Below are positions 24,241-35,942 of a DNA stretch of 64,000 nucleotides, piece by piece. The notes below the pieces were generated by a model. That model was given only the letters and a program-made list of their open reading frames with translations, searched no databases and was not told where the DNA came from. Every line of letters begins with the position of its first letter. The first letter of the stretch is position 1. Origin of the DNA: Chlorokybus atmophyticus. Its lineage: Eukaryota > Plantae > Mesostigma and Chlorokybus algae. Made by a program: the position numbers and the translations under genes. The DNA is taken from the NCBI GenBank assembly GCA_009103225.1, contig RHPI01001946.1, positions 124,001 through 188,000 of the forward strand, given 5' to 3'.

Positions 24241-26519
24241 TCATCTCGCAGTTCTTGAGCCAGGCCTGCGGGCGATCCACCGCGGTGATATCGGCCTGGC
24301 GGTGACGGCCCCGCTTCCTGGCCGCGGCGACACCCCCGTCATGCGCGACATCGGCTGATGATAATGGCGGTTGCGAGGCGAAGCCACATCATCGGCAGAG
24401 TGAGGCCTGACATGCTGATTGTCCTTGTCGATATTGGCGCCGGGGGCCAGCGCTGATGTGGGACGTCCTGAGGCTTTGTGTCCCTGTGGCAAATGGAAGT
24501 TGCGGCAAATGCATCCGCAGCGCAAACAACGCGCATGCACACACGCACCCACACACCCGCACGCACACATACGCTCGCGCGCAATATAATTCAACACAAC
24601 TGGTAGTTTGCTTACAGCAAGCAGGAGAGACATCGGCGTTGGCGTGTATCTGGGTGATGTCGCCCCGTTTGAGGCCGAGGATGAAGACCTGAACGCCAGC
24701 AGCTTGCACCACTGCCCAGCTGTGATCTGATGACAACAGAACATTCCTCAACAGCTGTCTCACTAGCGCCTCCCCAAACAGTGTACAAGCAGCGCATGTC
24801 GTGACACGGATTGAAACACAACGTATCACACATCATGCCTGCAGGCGGGATTCAACTCTCGGCAGCACCCTCATGATAGATGCGTGGCTCTCGTGTTGGG
24901 CCAGCTCAGGGCGGCCCGATATTACTCGCCGCACGAGCATGCCGGCAATCTGTGATTAGGCATAATAAGTTGACTGGGTGAGTGAAACACCCGACACTCA
25001 ACGAATGTAACCAGCGATACCTTTAATGAGCGCAGCACGTGTGCGCAAATACGCGTTGGCACCGTGCCAATTTGCCACAACTCTACCAGAAACGCCTCAA
25101 TGCTCTGTACATGATACAACATCAGCCGCATGTTGTTGCTGTTGCTGTTGCTGTTGCTATTGTTGTTGCTGTTGTTGTTGTCTTGTGCAACACACTGCTC
25201 TCACCTGCAGCACGGCTGTCGCGTGCGCAAGCAGCATCTTCACAGCAACAAGGAGCTTCCAGATAGACAGCAACATGGCATTCACGCTGGCACGGATGTG
25301 ATCTGGCACGATAGCATCCTCATCATCACTCGCCACAGTCACCACCTGGCAGAGCGCACAAGAAAACAGCATGCTTTGAGTTGATCTACTTGACACGATG
25401 CATGTGCCTGCAGAATGTTATCTATCACGTGTGCCAGGCGCAGTGAGTCGAGTCAGCAATGTATGTCGGTGTTAACGATAATCAAAGCGTATGTATGCAA
25501 AAACAGTATGACACGGATAATGCCCGAGAGGGATATGTGTGGTGCACAGTGGGTGTAAGGTGTCCATATGTGTCATGTCTCAACCAACCAATCCAACCTG
25601 TACCTGATGCAGGAGGCAAGGCAGGAGGTCCATGATGAAGGCCCCAAGGACGCGGTTCCCATTGCCATGCACTTGTTGGCGTTTCACCTCATGCGCGAAA
25701 TATGGGAGAAAACTCTCAACAATGGACGTGCCGCCGCCTCGTGGCGATATCGATGCTGTGCGGCTGCACAGCACGGCCTTGCATAGCTCGAGGATAATGC
25801 CCGAGGACGATGATGATGTTGCCACTGAGGAGAGAGCGGATATGGTTGAGGCCTCACGCAAGATGTGTCGCATGTAAAGTCGGTTGCCGAGCGCCCTCTC
25901 AAACACGGGCTTGGATACAACGGGAACCCAGTGCAACACCTCCTCGGCGTTACGGGGATCGGCTGCGAACTTCCTCGCGGAGATGAGAAAATGTGATATC
26001 ACCTGGACGCAACATGATAGTTGTGCATACAGCTCACCTTGATGCATATGAATGTGTGCCAGTGTGTTTGCTTATAAACATTGCAAGTCTACTCTGCATA
26101 CACACACTTAGCATGGTTGTCCACTTCATGAATACGTCCAACACACTGCTGCGGCAACAAACACAACATACACGCATATGGTGATGAGCACCACGTACAG
26201 CGTGCGTAACATACTGCAATTAATAATCAATACTAATCTCACAAACAACTGATCGGTCGCTGTTCTCAACGACTTAGGTGTGTGTTGCATGCTGCTTGTG
26301 ATCATCAAAGACACACAGCACGACTGACACAGCTATCATATGAACCTCTCCTCCGCCTCTTACCTGTGATGGCGTCTCGTCCCCAGCCTTGACTTTAATC
26401 TCGACAGGCTGCAGGTGTACCTGACGCGTGGACGGCAGCAGGGAGGTGGCCCACGGGACCCGCGACCCCTCAAAGTATTGCACGGGTGCTGATGTCGCTG
26501 GGTCCTCATCCTCACCCAT
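24241..26519 (-). CDS. Hypothetical multi-exon protein, probably alpha-helical, no family recognised; 3' end uncertain (stop at 24339 or 24241)
   Basis: Exon-like segments bounded by splice signals: MGEDEDPATSAPVQYFEGSRVPW...ETPSQ, VISHFLISARKF...LGAFIMDLLPCLLHQ (26010-25603), ASVNAMLLSIWKLLVAVKMLLAHATAVLQ, IAGMLVRRVISGRPEL...ESRLQ and ALVRQLLRNVLLSSDHSWAVVQAAG. Confidence 0.7.
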
Positions 26520-26791
26520 TAAAAGAAAGGACCACCTAATGCAGAACTACAGCTGTAGATAAAGATGTACTTACTCGGGAACTGACACTGTAAACGAACG
26601 TATGTAAAGCAGCTAAGCTGCCAACCTACCTACCTAGTGAGAGGTAAAAGAAACATGGATGTTAGCTACGTGACCATCTCTGCTGCTTGTGCTAACCCTA
26701 ACCCTCCAGCCTGTCTGGTCGTTGCAGGAGAGAGTCTACTTGAAGGGCATTATAATACACTGATAGAGCTACTGGCCAGTGCGACAGCCAG

Positions 26792-27892
26792 TCAAACCTG
26801 CAAAGTGGCAGCATGTGAGAACGGGACACACATGTACGCACAGTGAGGGACAAAACGCATTGAATTGGCTTGCTTGAGTGGTGATGGTGGCGCCTTCGGT
26901 GAAGCCAGAGTGGTCGCAAAGGCTCAGCGGGTCCAGCATCTCATTTCCCCCAAGGAACAGCCTCTGCCATCAGTAAATTGTTTAAAACTGTGCTGCAATT
27001 GAGGTTCAGGAATGGTACAATTGTGACTACCATCCGACATGCAAGCCGGGTGTTGCGCGTTAACATTACCTGCTGGGCTATGGGAAGGCTGTGATGCTGA
27101 TGGATGAGGGCTTTCAAGTACAGCACGCTCTGCCCCGCAGGAACCTGATGAGATAACGACTTAATGAAATCATATCATCGCGTTTGATCAGTACACCTTG
27201 CAATCAACATGAACCAAGCTCAGCTTTGCATACGTTGTGCTGGTGGGATGAGCCGTCGGGGAGTTGAACCGTCACCTGCGCAGTCAACAACACAAGTTGT
27301 AAGGTGACAAGAGTTGCACACACTGTACACGCATGATGCTTGATATGCTTATAATGCAATGATGCGTGCATATTACACGCAACACGTAAAGTGTGTGACT
27401 AGTATGCACCAAGTCACTGCACAGTCAGGTATACAAACATCAGTGATGGCAACATAAAGTACCAACATATTCACGACTGACTGTGAGTAAGATGATCTCC
27501 CATGGCTACGAATACAGTAATGTAGTGTTGTACCAGGGTCTCAGGTTCCTCGTGCGGGGCTTGAGCGTCACGGACTACAGCGCCGCCGTTGACCAGCTTC
27601 GACCCAAGAGACAGCTTCATTGCTTGCGAGTCATGTACGCTGGGGGACATTGTTTTAGAACACAGTGAGTGGGCTTGCGTGCGTGGGCACGTGGGGGAGG
27701 GGGAAGGGGGGGAGGGGGGGAGGGGGCTTGCGCAAGCGTGTGCGCGCGAGAGCGGTAAGTAAAAGTATTCACTTGAATGCTCTATGCGCTAAAAAGCTTG
27801 AAACAGGTAAATGCAGGTTACTACTTCACGTTGCATTGACCGTACCTTGCTGCACTACACCGATTAGCATTGGATGCGTTGCTTGAACTCAT
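26792..27892 (-). CDS. Small ubiquitin-like (beta-grasp) protein, about 121 aa, no C-terminal di-Gly, with a GC-AG last intron
   Basis: Exons 27892-27846, 27639-27534, 27275-27234, 27144-27070, 26963-26874 and 26797-26792 all join in phase. The product ends VTVQLPDGSSHQHNVPAGQSVLYLKALIHQHHSLPIAQQRLFLGGNEMLDPLSLCDHSGFTEGATITTQV*, which fits the ubiquitin-fold pattern. Confidence 0.8.
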
Positions 27893-29266
27893 GTACTTGA
27901 TGTGTAAGCATACAGTTCTAGTTATACAGTTACAGTAATCAAACCATCTCGACTTGGTTAAGCCTGAAGAGATTTTGGTTATTGTACGCTTACATACTCC
28001 CAATTCTATAATCCAACAAAACCACGTCATGGCAGCTGCCCTTTAAGTCTGTACGCAGACAGCAAAGGACTGAAACTATACAGACCAAACAGCATAGACT
28101 ATTTAGCGTGTTTACAAAAGGGACTGGCATTGAGAGCAACCACTGTTGAAACCGTTCCAGCAAACAGATTGAAGGAACACAAACCCTAACTCTTAATCTA
28201 CTTCAAGCCAATGCTCATCCACCAGCAAACAGCAAGGAAAACAGCATTGTCAAGCAAGCCCCTGCTCCCCGTTCCGGACTGTAATCAGAAAACATAAATG
28301 TGCCCAGCAAACGTCACAATGACACCATACCGCTGCTGCCAATGCCACCCACAACGCCGCCGCTGCCAGCCCCTACCGTCAACAACGCCGACAACGCCGA
28401 CAAACAGAGAAACGCCTCGGTCGGCGCACGATTCGCTCATCCACCGACGTCGACGAAAGCGGTCATCAGTCAACACCAGCCACGGTGGCGTCATCGATGA
28501 TAAAAAAGGCTGAACAAATCCGTCCGCACGGTTTAAGCACAGACCTCCACGTCGCTAAACACCTCGAACGCCTGTTCCAGACGTTCGATCCGATGCGCAA
28601 ACGGCCCATCGGCTGCCACGCAGGCGAAGCCACCATCATCACGAGCCAGTTAGGCGCGGCAGTACCTGGTACCAGAGCTCAGCCTCTGGCGCAGAGGTGG
28701 TGTTGGTGAGCGTGCCTGTGGTGGCGGCGGCGGCGGTGGCGGCAGAGTGAGGGGTAAGGAGAAGTGGGCTGAAGGTTGCAGAGAAGGTTTAGGGCTCGTT
28801 GGTGCTGGGCGATTGGAGGCGGACGGGAAAGGGCGGGCAGAGGATCAAGGATCTGATCGGGCGTCTAGAGCGTGTCTTGTGCGCCTGCCTGCTGGTATGA
28901 AACGCTAGTTGCTGTTGAAATAGTGGATTATTCAATTGCTTTGTTATATGTCGCTGTACATCAACAGCATGCATGCAAGTAAACTGGCAGTGGAAGGGTG
29001 GTCACAAACATAGATCACCATCCGCCTTACACGTGCATGTCCACAAGGGCTTGTAACTAAACAGCCCAAAGCACTCATAGTACTGAAGACGCAAAAAGAA
29101 CTGCAGCATTCCATTGCAACTTCAGCACACTCTTTCAGCAAAGAGTATGTGTGCAACAACCCGCGGATTGAATGATGCTGTTCATAAAGTACTGTGCTGT
29201 GCAGCCATGCGAAGCTCTGCAGGAGATGATGGCGCTGAGCATTTCGCCGCCCCCGCTGCCAGCACC

Positions 29267-32200
29267 ATGTCCGACGACGACAACATCCCCACCACCCTCC
29301 CCACTAAAGACCACACCAAAGTCCCAATTCCTGAGCACGACGAGGACGAGCCTCCTTCACCATCCTCACCCATAGATGATATTGATGCGAAGGTGGTGGG
29401 CGTCCCGTTGCCCGTGCCATATTCGTCCGGAGACGCCGCGGATGCTGCGCGAAAGGGGCTGGTGTGGCGGCTGCGGACGCGCTTGGGTCGAGGTAAAGAT
29501 GGTGGCAAGGAGGGAAAAGGACCACCGAAAGAGAAACAACCTATGGCGCCCTTCATGTCACTCTTCCGCTACGCTGGTGAGTTGTAAGGAGCAGGGGCTA
29601 GTCAGGGTTGCAATACGCAGCACTGAGGTAGCTTTTCATGAGTGTTTGATCCTACTGTGTAAAAGCGTGGATACTGTTCACAGAATCGCATGCTTGTGTG
29701 AGCGCTGTATGCGTGCATGGCATGCAGTGGGCGTGCATGGCATACAGGGTGCATTCATGTGCTTGAGCTCAAGGGATATAGTCCCTCGCTGTAGGTTGCA
29801 CATATGCGTATGCGCCTGCATGTTGGGTGCATGTTACGAGCTTGTATGAGTTTCCCTGCTACAGTAAGGCAGCTTCGCATTGTAGGATAGAAGTTATGGC
29901 AAACACTCAGATCAATGTTATGCAAATACATCAGTCACACATGTCACTGGTTTTCGTGTTCACATGCCACTGCATGTGCATGGCAATTGACCTGAATGCT
30001 GAGCTGAGTGGGGATGTCTTGCAGACAGGAAGGACTGGCTATACATGCTGCTGGGGACGCTATGTTCCATTGCGGTGGGAGCTATGACGCCCGCGTTCTC
30101 CGTGCTGTTTGGCCGATTAACCAATGCATTTGGAAACAATCTCTCAGATCCGGGCGCGTTGGTTCGCGAAGTCAACAGAATAGTCATTATCCTGGCCATT
30201 CTCAGCGGCGCTGCAGGACTCTGTGGCTATGCTCAGAAAACTTTCTGGATGCTGGCAGGGGCACGCTTGACATCACGAGTGCGTGAAAGATACCTCCACG
30301 CTGTATTGAGACAGGAGGTGGCCTACTTTGACACGGAGGCGAAGTCTGGAGACTTGGTTACGCGCATTGCGGGTGATACCGAGGCTGTGGCCCAAGCTAC
30401 GAGTGAGAAGATGAGCGAGTTGTTCCAGTATATCACCACCTTTTTGGGTGGCTTTGCTGTTGGGTTCGTATATGCGTGGAAGTTAACGCTAGTCATGTTG
30501 GCCATCACTCCGCTCATCGCCCTCTGCGGTGTGGCGCTTATGGCATTTGTGGCGCGGTTCCATGGGACCGCTTCGAAGAGCTACGGCGAGGCTGGTGCCG
30601 TGGCCACTGAGGCCGTCGCCAATGCACGGACTGTTGCCGCCTTCAACGGACAGGAGCAGGCTGCTGCGGCCTACTCGCGCGCACTTTCCTCCTCTTTCAC
30701 CGCAGCCGTTCGACAGGGTGTTGCCCAGGGCGTCTCCCTCGGTGCCGTCTTCTTCATACTCTACTGCTCATACTCGCTGTCCCTGTGGTATGGAGGCCAG
30801 CTCGTTGCCAAAAGGGAGATCAATGGCGGTGATGTTCTCTCGGTAAGTGTTGTTAACTTGATTGGTTGGTACCCGATGTGCTTACATCAATTGTGGTATT
30901 GCTACACTAATATGAGAACACGTGCATTTCATGGCAACAAACCACAATCAAGGAACATTGATTAAACTTGTATTTGTTTACAATGTGCAAGCTTTCACTT
31001 TTGGTATTACAAGGAAGTGTGTCCCATTTGCTACTGCACCATCGCAAATTCATTGATGCATGTCTACTTCACTATGCGTGCTTCACTATGCGTTCTTCAC
31101 CATGTGTATTGCACTCACTTTTGTTGTCTGAGACACTGAGTCAGTCTTGCAGACTTTGCTTTTGCGGAAGATCAGTGTATTGTATCACTGATTATCTACT
31201 GCCTACTCTTTGCAGGTCTTCTTTGCAGTTTTGCTTGCTGGGTTCTCCCTTGGTCAGGCTCTTCCTCTCCTCTCCACCATCGCTGCCGGCCGCGGGGCCG
31301 CGTACAGGCTCTACTCGGCCGTGGACCGCGTTCCCTTAATCGACAATGACGCCGGCGTGGTGCCAACCACCCCGCCACTTGGTCAGATCGAGCTCCGCGA
31401 TGTCACCTTCGCATACCCGGCTCGTCCCGATGTAACCGTCTTCAACAACTTCAACCTCAAAGTCCACCCGGGCCAGACCGTCGCGCTCGTGGGGGAGACG
31501 GGGTCAGGCAAGTCCACGGCGATATCGCTGCTGGAAAGGTTCTATGACCCATTGTCGGGGGTAATACTCCTCGATGGCGTGGATATTAAGACGCTACAGC
31601 CGCACTGGCTCAGGTCTCAGATTGGACTTGTGAGCCAGGAGCCGATATTGTTTGCTACCACCATACGAGCCAATATTGAGTATGGGAAGCCTGGCGCTAG
31701 CTTTGATGACATCGTGGCTGCGGCCAAGGCGGCTAATGCACACAACTTCATCTCCGCACTGCCGGATGGCTATGAGACCCAAGTTGGAGAAAGAGGTCTC
31801 CAGCTATCAGGTGCGGTTGTGTGATTGGAATGCACAGCAGCAGCATTCAACCGGTGTGTAGTGCAAGTTGTGGTTGATTTGACAGACAAGCCACTGCCGT
31901 GGACATTGTTGGACAATAACAGTGGCTAGCTTGTGTGTGCACAATCAACATTATTGTGGAGACAAATCTTACGTGAAACCATTATACTACTTCAGCATAA
32001 GGAGTGAGAAAGTTGTTGGTCATTCCCAGACAGTACTTTGGTTTGTGCAGTACTCAGAGGCCTTGCTGTCAGTTGAGTGACAGACCAGATGTTTGTCGTT
32101 GCAGGTGGGCAGAAGCAGAGGATAGCAATAGCACGTGCGGTACTGAAGAATCCTCGCATCCTCCTCCTTGACGAGGCTACCTCCGCTCTCGACAACGAGT

Positions 32201-35085
32201 CTGAGCGTATTGTTCAGGCGGCACTGGACTCGCTGATGGTCAACCGCACCACCCTCGTTGTCGCGCACAGGCTCTCGACCGTTCGCGATGCCAACGCCAT
32301 CGCTGTTGTGCGCGCCGGCAAGGTTGTTGAGCTCGGCACGCACGAAGAGCTGCTCAAGATACCTGATGGTGCCTATGCTGCGCTGGTCAGGCTGCAAAAC
32401 GACCCGAGAGAGGTGGAACGCTCCTCTAGCGCCCTGTTGAGACAACGACGCAACAGTAACTCGAGCCAACATCACCACAACAGGTAGTGAACGTTTGCGT
32501 TGCATCAGACGCCGTGTGTCGTGATCAAGTTGCTGTGTGCATGTTGTGTCAGATTGCACAAGCAGTTTGGTAAGCAAACTGATGTATTTTGCTGCGTTGT
32601 ACTAAAGCAGACTAAGTTGTGTTTGTGCTGTGTAGTTTTCACAAGGCCGAGTCTCATGCGAGCTACCATGATACGGGCAAGTATGGCCGCGCCAATGACG
32701 AGGAGGCGGGCTTGGACAACAACAAGAAGAAGCGTCATGGTGGCTGGATGAAGGCTCTAAGCCGCGCCGCGGGAATGACTCCCGGTCAGTGGCTCCTCAT
32801 CCTCGTCGGCGTAATAGGCGCTGGGGTCAGCGGCGCCACCTCCCCTGTGTTCTCCATTGTCCTGTCCAACATGGTGACGGTATTCTTCCGGCCAACTCCT
32901 GAAGGGGTGCGCTCGGGTGCACGATTGTGGGCTTTGGTATTCCTCGCCCTGGCCGTGGGGGCCTTCGTGGCCTCCTACATGGAATTCTACGCCTTCACAA
33001 GGGTGGGAGCCCGCGTGGTGAAGCGCCTGAGAGAGCTGACTTTTGGAGCTATATTGAGACAAGAGGTGGCCTTCTTTGATGATGATAGAAACGCATCAGG
33101 AGCCGTTGCGGCCCGCCTCGAGCAGGACGCCGCGGCCGTGAAGGTCCTTGTCGGTGACCGAGCCGCAATGATCGTGCAGAACATGGTTCGCGTTGTCGCG
33201 GGCGTGGCCATCGCCTTCTCTGCCGGTCCCAAGCTTGCGGGCGTATTGATATGCATTCTACCCCTGATGGCCTTTGCGGGATGGATTCAGTTCGGGTACC
33301 TGCAAAGGTCCTCAGCCGCAGCTGCAGATGCGAGAGCCAGTGCCAACCAGCTCGCCACCGAGTCTATGCAGTCAATACGCACGGTCGCCGCCTTTGGAGC
33401 TGAAGGGCGTGTGGTCGAGCTGTTCGCCGAGCGCAACGTTGCTCCGTACAAACAGGAGATTATACGTGCACATGCTGCCGGACTTGGACAGGGCCTGTCG
33501 CAACTAGCATCCAATGGCATGTTTGCGCTTGGGTTCTGGTATGGTGGCAAGCTTTTCCAGCAAGGCGAGATCACCTTCCAAGGAGCCCTCCAGGTAAACT
33601 TGACGCCCCATGGTGCTGTCGTGTTCTGGTCGTTTTGGTCCACACTGTGAGTGTGCTTATATGCTTGCGTGGTTGGGTGCGGGCGTGTGCATATGCAGGC
33701 ACATATGCAGGCACTCGTCGTGCAGTGGTATGTTGTTACTGAGTCGAGTGTGCTGTGACTCTGAGTCAAGTGTCCCTGCTAAGGTTAACACCTCTTGTTA
33801 CTGCAGGTGTTGTACGCAATCATGATGACACAACAAGGGTTGGGCTGGATGGGAACTGTTGCACCGGACATTGCCAAGGCCGACCACGCCCTTGAGAACG
33901 CCTTCACAGTGGTGGACCGCAAGCCTGCCATCGATGCATCAGACCCCGGTGGCGCTCAGCTCGATGCCAAGATTGTCAAAGGCGACGTTGAACTCAGTCA
34001 TGTCACCTTCACATACCCCTCCAGACCTGATGCCAAGGTGTGCATTTGCGTGCTCAAGTGTGTGTTGCACACTTTAGGGTGTTTGTGAACATATGTGTGC
34101 ATGATTGTGCGCGCGCGTGTGTCTATTGTATTGATCGCTAACATGGTGCTTGATTAGGTGTTTGAGGACTTTTCTCTACGTGTCCGCGGTGGTGAGACGG
34201 TTGCGTTGGTGGGCGAGAGCGGGAGCGGCAAGTCCACAGTAATATCTCTCGTCGAGCGGTTTTATGACCCGCAAGCAGGGAGGGTCCTTTTCGACGGGGT
34301 CGACATCCGCAACTTCAATGTCAAATGGCTCAGATCTCAGATAGGTCTCGTGAGTCAAGAGCCCGTGTTGTTTGGGACCTCAATCCGCGCCAACATTGAG
34401 TATGGTAACCCCGGCGCCAGCTTTGATGATATTGTCGCAGCAGCCAAAGCTGCTAATGCGCACAACTTCATTGTGAACTTGCCGGAAGCCTATGACACCC
34501 AAGTAGGCGAAAGAGGCATTCAGCTATCAGGTACACATTTTGCCTGTCTTCGTTGCTCTTATACTAGTGACCTGGTACACATTTTGCCTGTCTTCGTTGC
34601 TCTTATATTAGTGACCTCGTCCTAAAGTGAGTGGTTGGGTTGTCTATGTTCAGGCAACCTCAGAATAGCTTTTCATCACTGCTTGTCTGTGTGTATGTGT
34701 GATTAGTGTGGACACGCTCCCTCTGTGTGTGTGGATATGTGCGCCCGTTAACACTTTGTCCATGGCAGGTGGGCAGAAGCAGAGAATTGCCATTGCGCGG
34801 GCTGTCTTGCGTAACCCGCGTCTTCTTCTGTTGGATGAGGCGACGTCCGCTTTGGACAGCGGGTCCGAGCGTCTCGTTCAGGAGGCTTTGGACAAGCTGA
34901 TGCAGAACCGCACGACGCTCGTGGTGGCGCACAGGCTCTCAACCATCCGTCATGCTGACCGCATTGCCGTTGTACGCGAGGGTAAGGTCATCGAGATTGG
35001 CACGCATGAAGAGTTGTTGAAGATACCCGATGGGGCATACGCCGCCCTGGCTCGCGCGCGCAATGACCGTGCGGCTCTCACGTGA
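29267..35085 (+). CDS. ABCB: Full-size ABCB (MDR/P-glycoprotein) transporter, TMD-NBD-TMD-NBD, multi-exon
   Basis: Two TMDs and two NBDs. Walker A motifs GETGSGKS and GESGSGKS, spliced [13 protein letters not shown] signatures and [12 protein letters not shown] / [11 protein letters not shown] are present. Stop is at 35083-35085. Confidence 0.97.
34531..34618 (+). repeat. Tandem duplication of a 44-bp unit beginning at an ABCB intron donor
   Basis: GTACACATTTTGCCTGTCTTCGTTGCTCTTATA(C/T)TAGTGACCT occurs at 34531 and again at 34575. Confidence 0.9.
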
Positions 35086-35942
35086 TGATGATTCATTGTA
35101 GTTTAGGGGTGTTGGACCACTCTTCTTCTCCCACACTGCCAATCTGCACTTGTATATAGACCGCTGCTTCGCACCGCGCTCTGCGGCCAACATTGGCTGC
35201 GAGCCGAACAACAATTTTCCTCGCTTCGCTTGCTAGTTGCTGTGAGGTTAGAGGGAGTTAGTTTGTTAGGTTTTTTCGCGTTGCTGAGCCATTCGTGTGA
35301 CAATTGTCTTTTAGTTCTCTGTAGCGATAGCGACCTTGTACCGTTCATATTGTCACTGAAACAACTGTTCTCCTTTATCAGTACAGTGCCCTCTGTATCT
35401 GTTGTCATGTGAGTCGATGGCACGCAAGATCAGTCCTATTTGCCATGATCGCTAACGTACATTGATGCGCTCTGACAAGTGTGCCCTTCTGTGTGATGAG
35501 TTCCATTATTGTGCGTGTGCACAGTGATTTACAGCCCCGGCATACTCAACATCAATTCTGCGTGGCAATTACTGGATTGCGAATAGCCCATTGCAGATGA
35601 CGGTGATGATGCTTCATGAGCCGTTTCGAAAAGCAGCGAGTTCAAAATACATCTGTGGCAATGCCAGCAGGTTGTAGACACCTAATCAGTAAGGCTTACC
35701 ATGCAATAATAAGCCCCACTACTGTTCAGTTACTTAGCGTAAGGCAGTTGTTGCATTCCAGTTTTGTTACAAACTAACCACAAATCAACTGCGTATGATG
35801 TATGCTTTAAGGGGTACTAGAAACTTTTGTACATGTGAAACCACAGTAGTCGACATAGCATCCTACAAACATTGTCTCTACAGATTATGCACACACTGTT
35901 CTGAAAACGCTGGTTTACGGCAGAAACTTTCTGCACACATAT

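Noticed and set aside
27250-27275. GGTTCAACTCC T-loop-like motif on the minus strand suggesting a tRNA
   Set aside because: The T-stem does not pair, there is no cloverleaf, and it lies in a UBL coding exon.
32020-33769. Antisense ORFs of 100-185 aa over ABCB exons
   Set aside because: Typical shadow ORFs of GC3-rich coding sequence.
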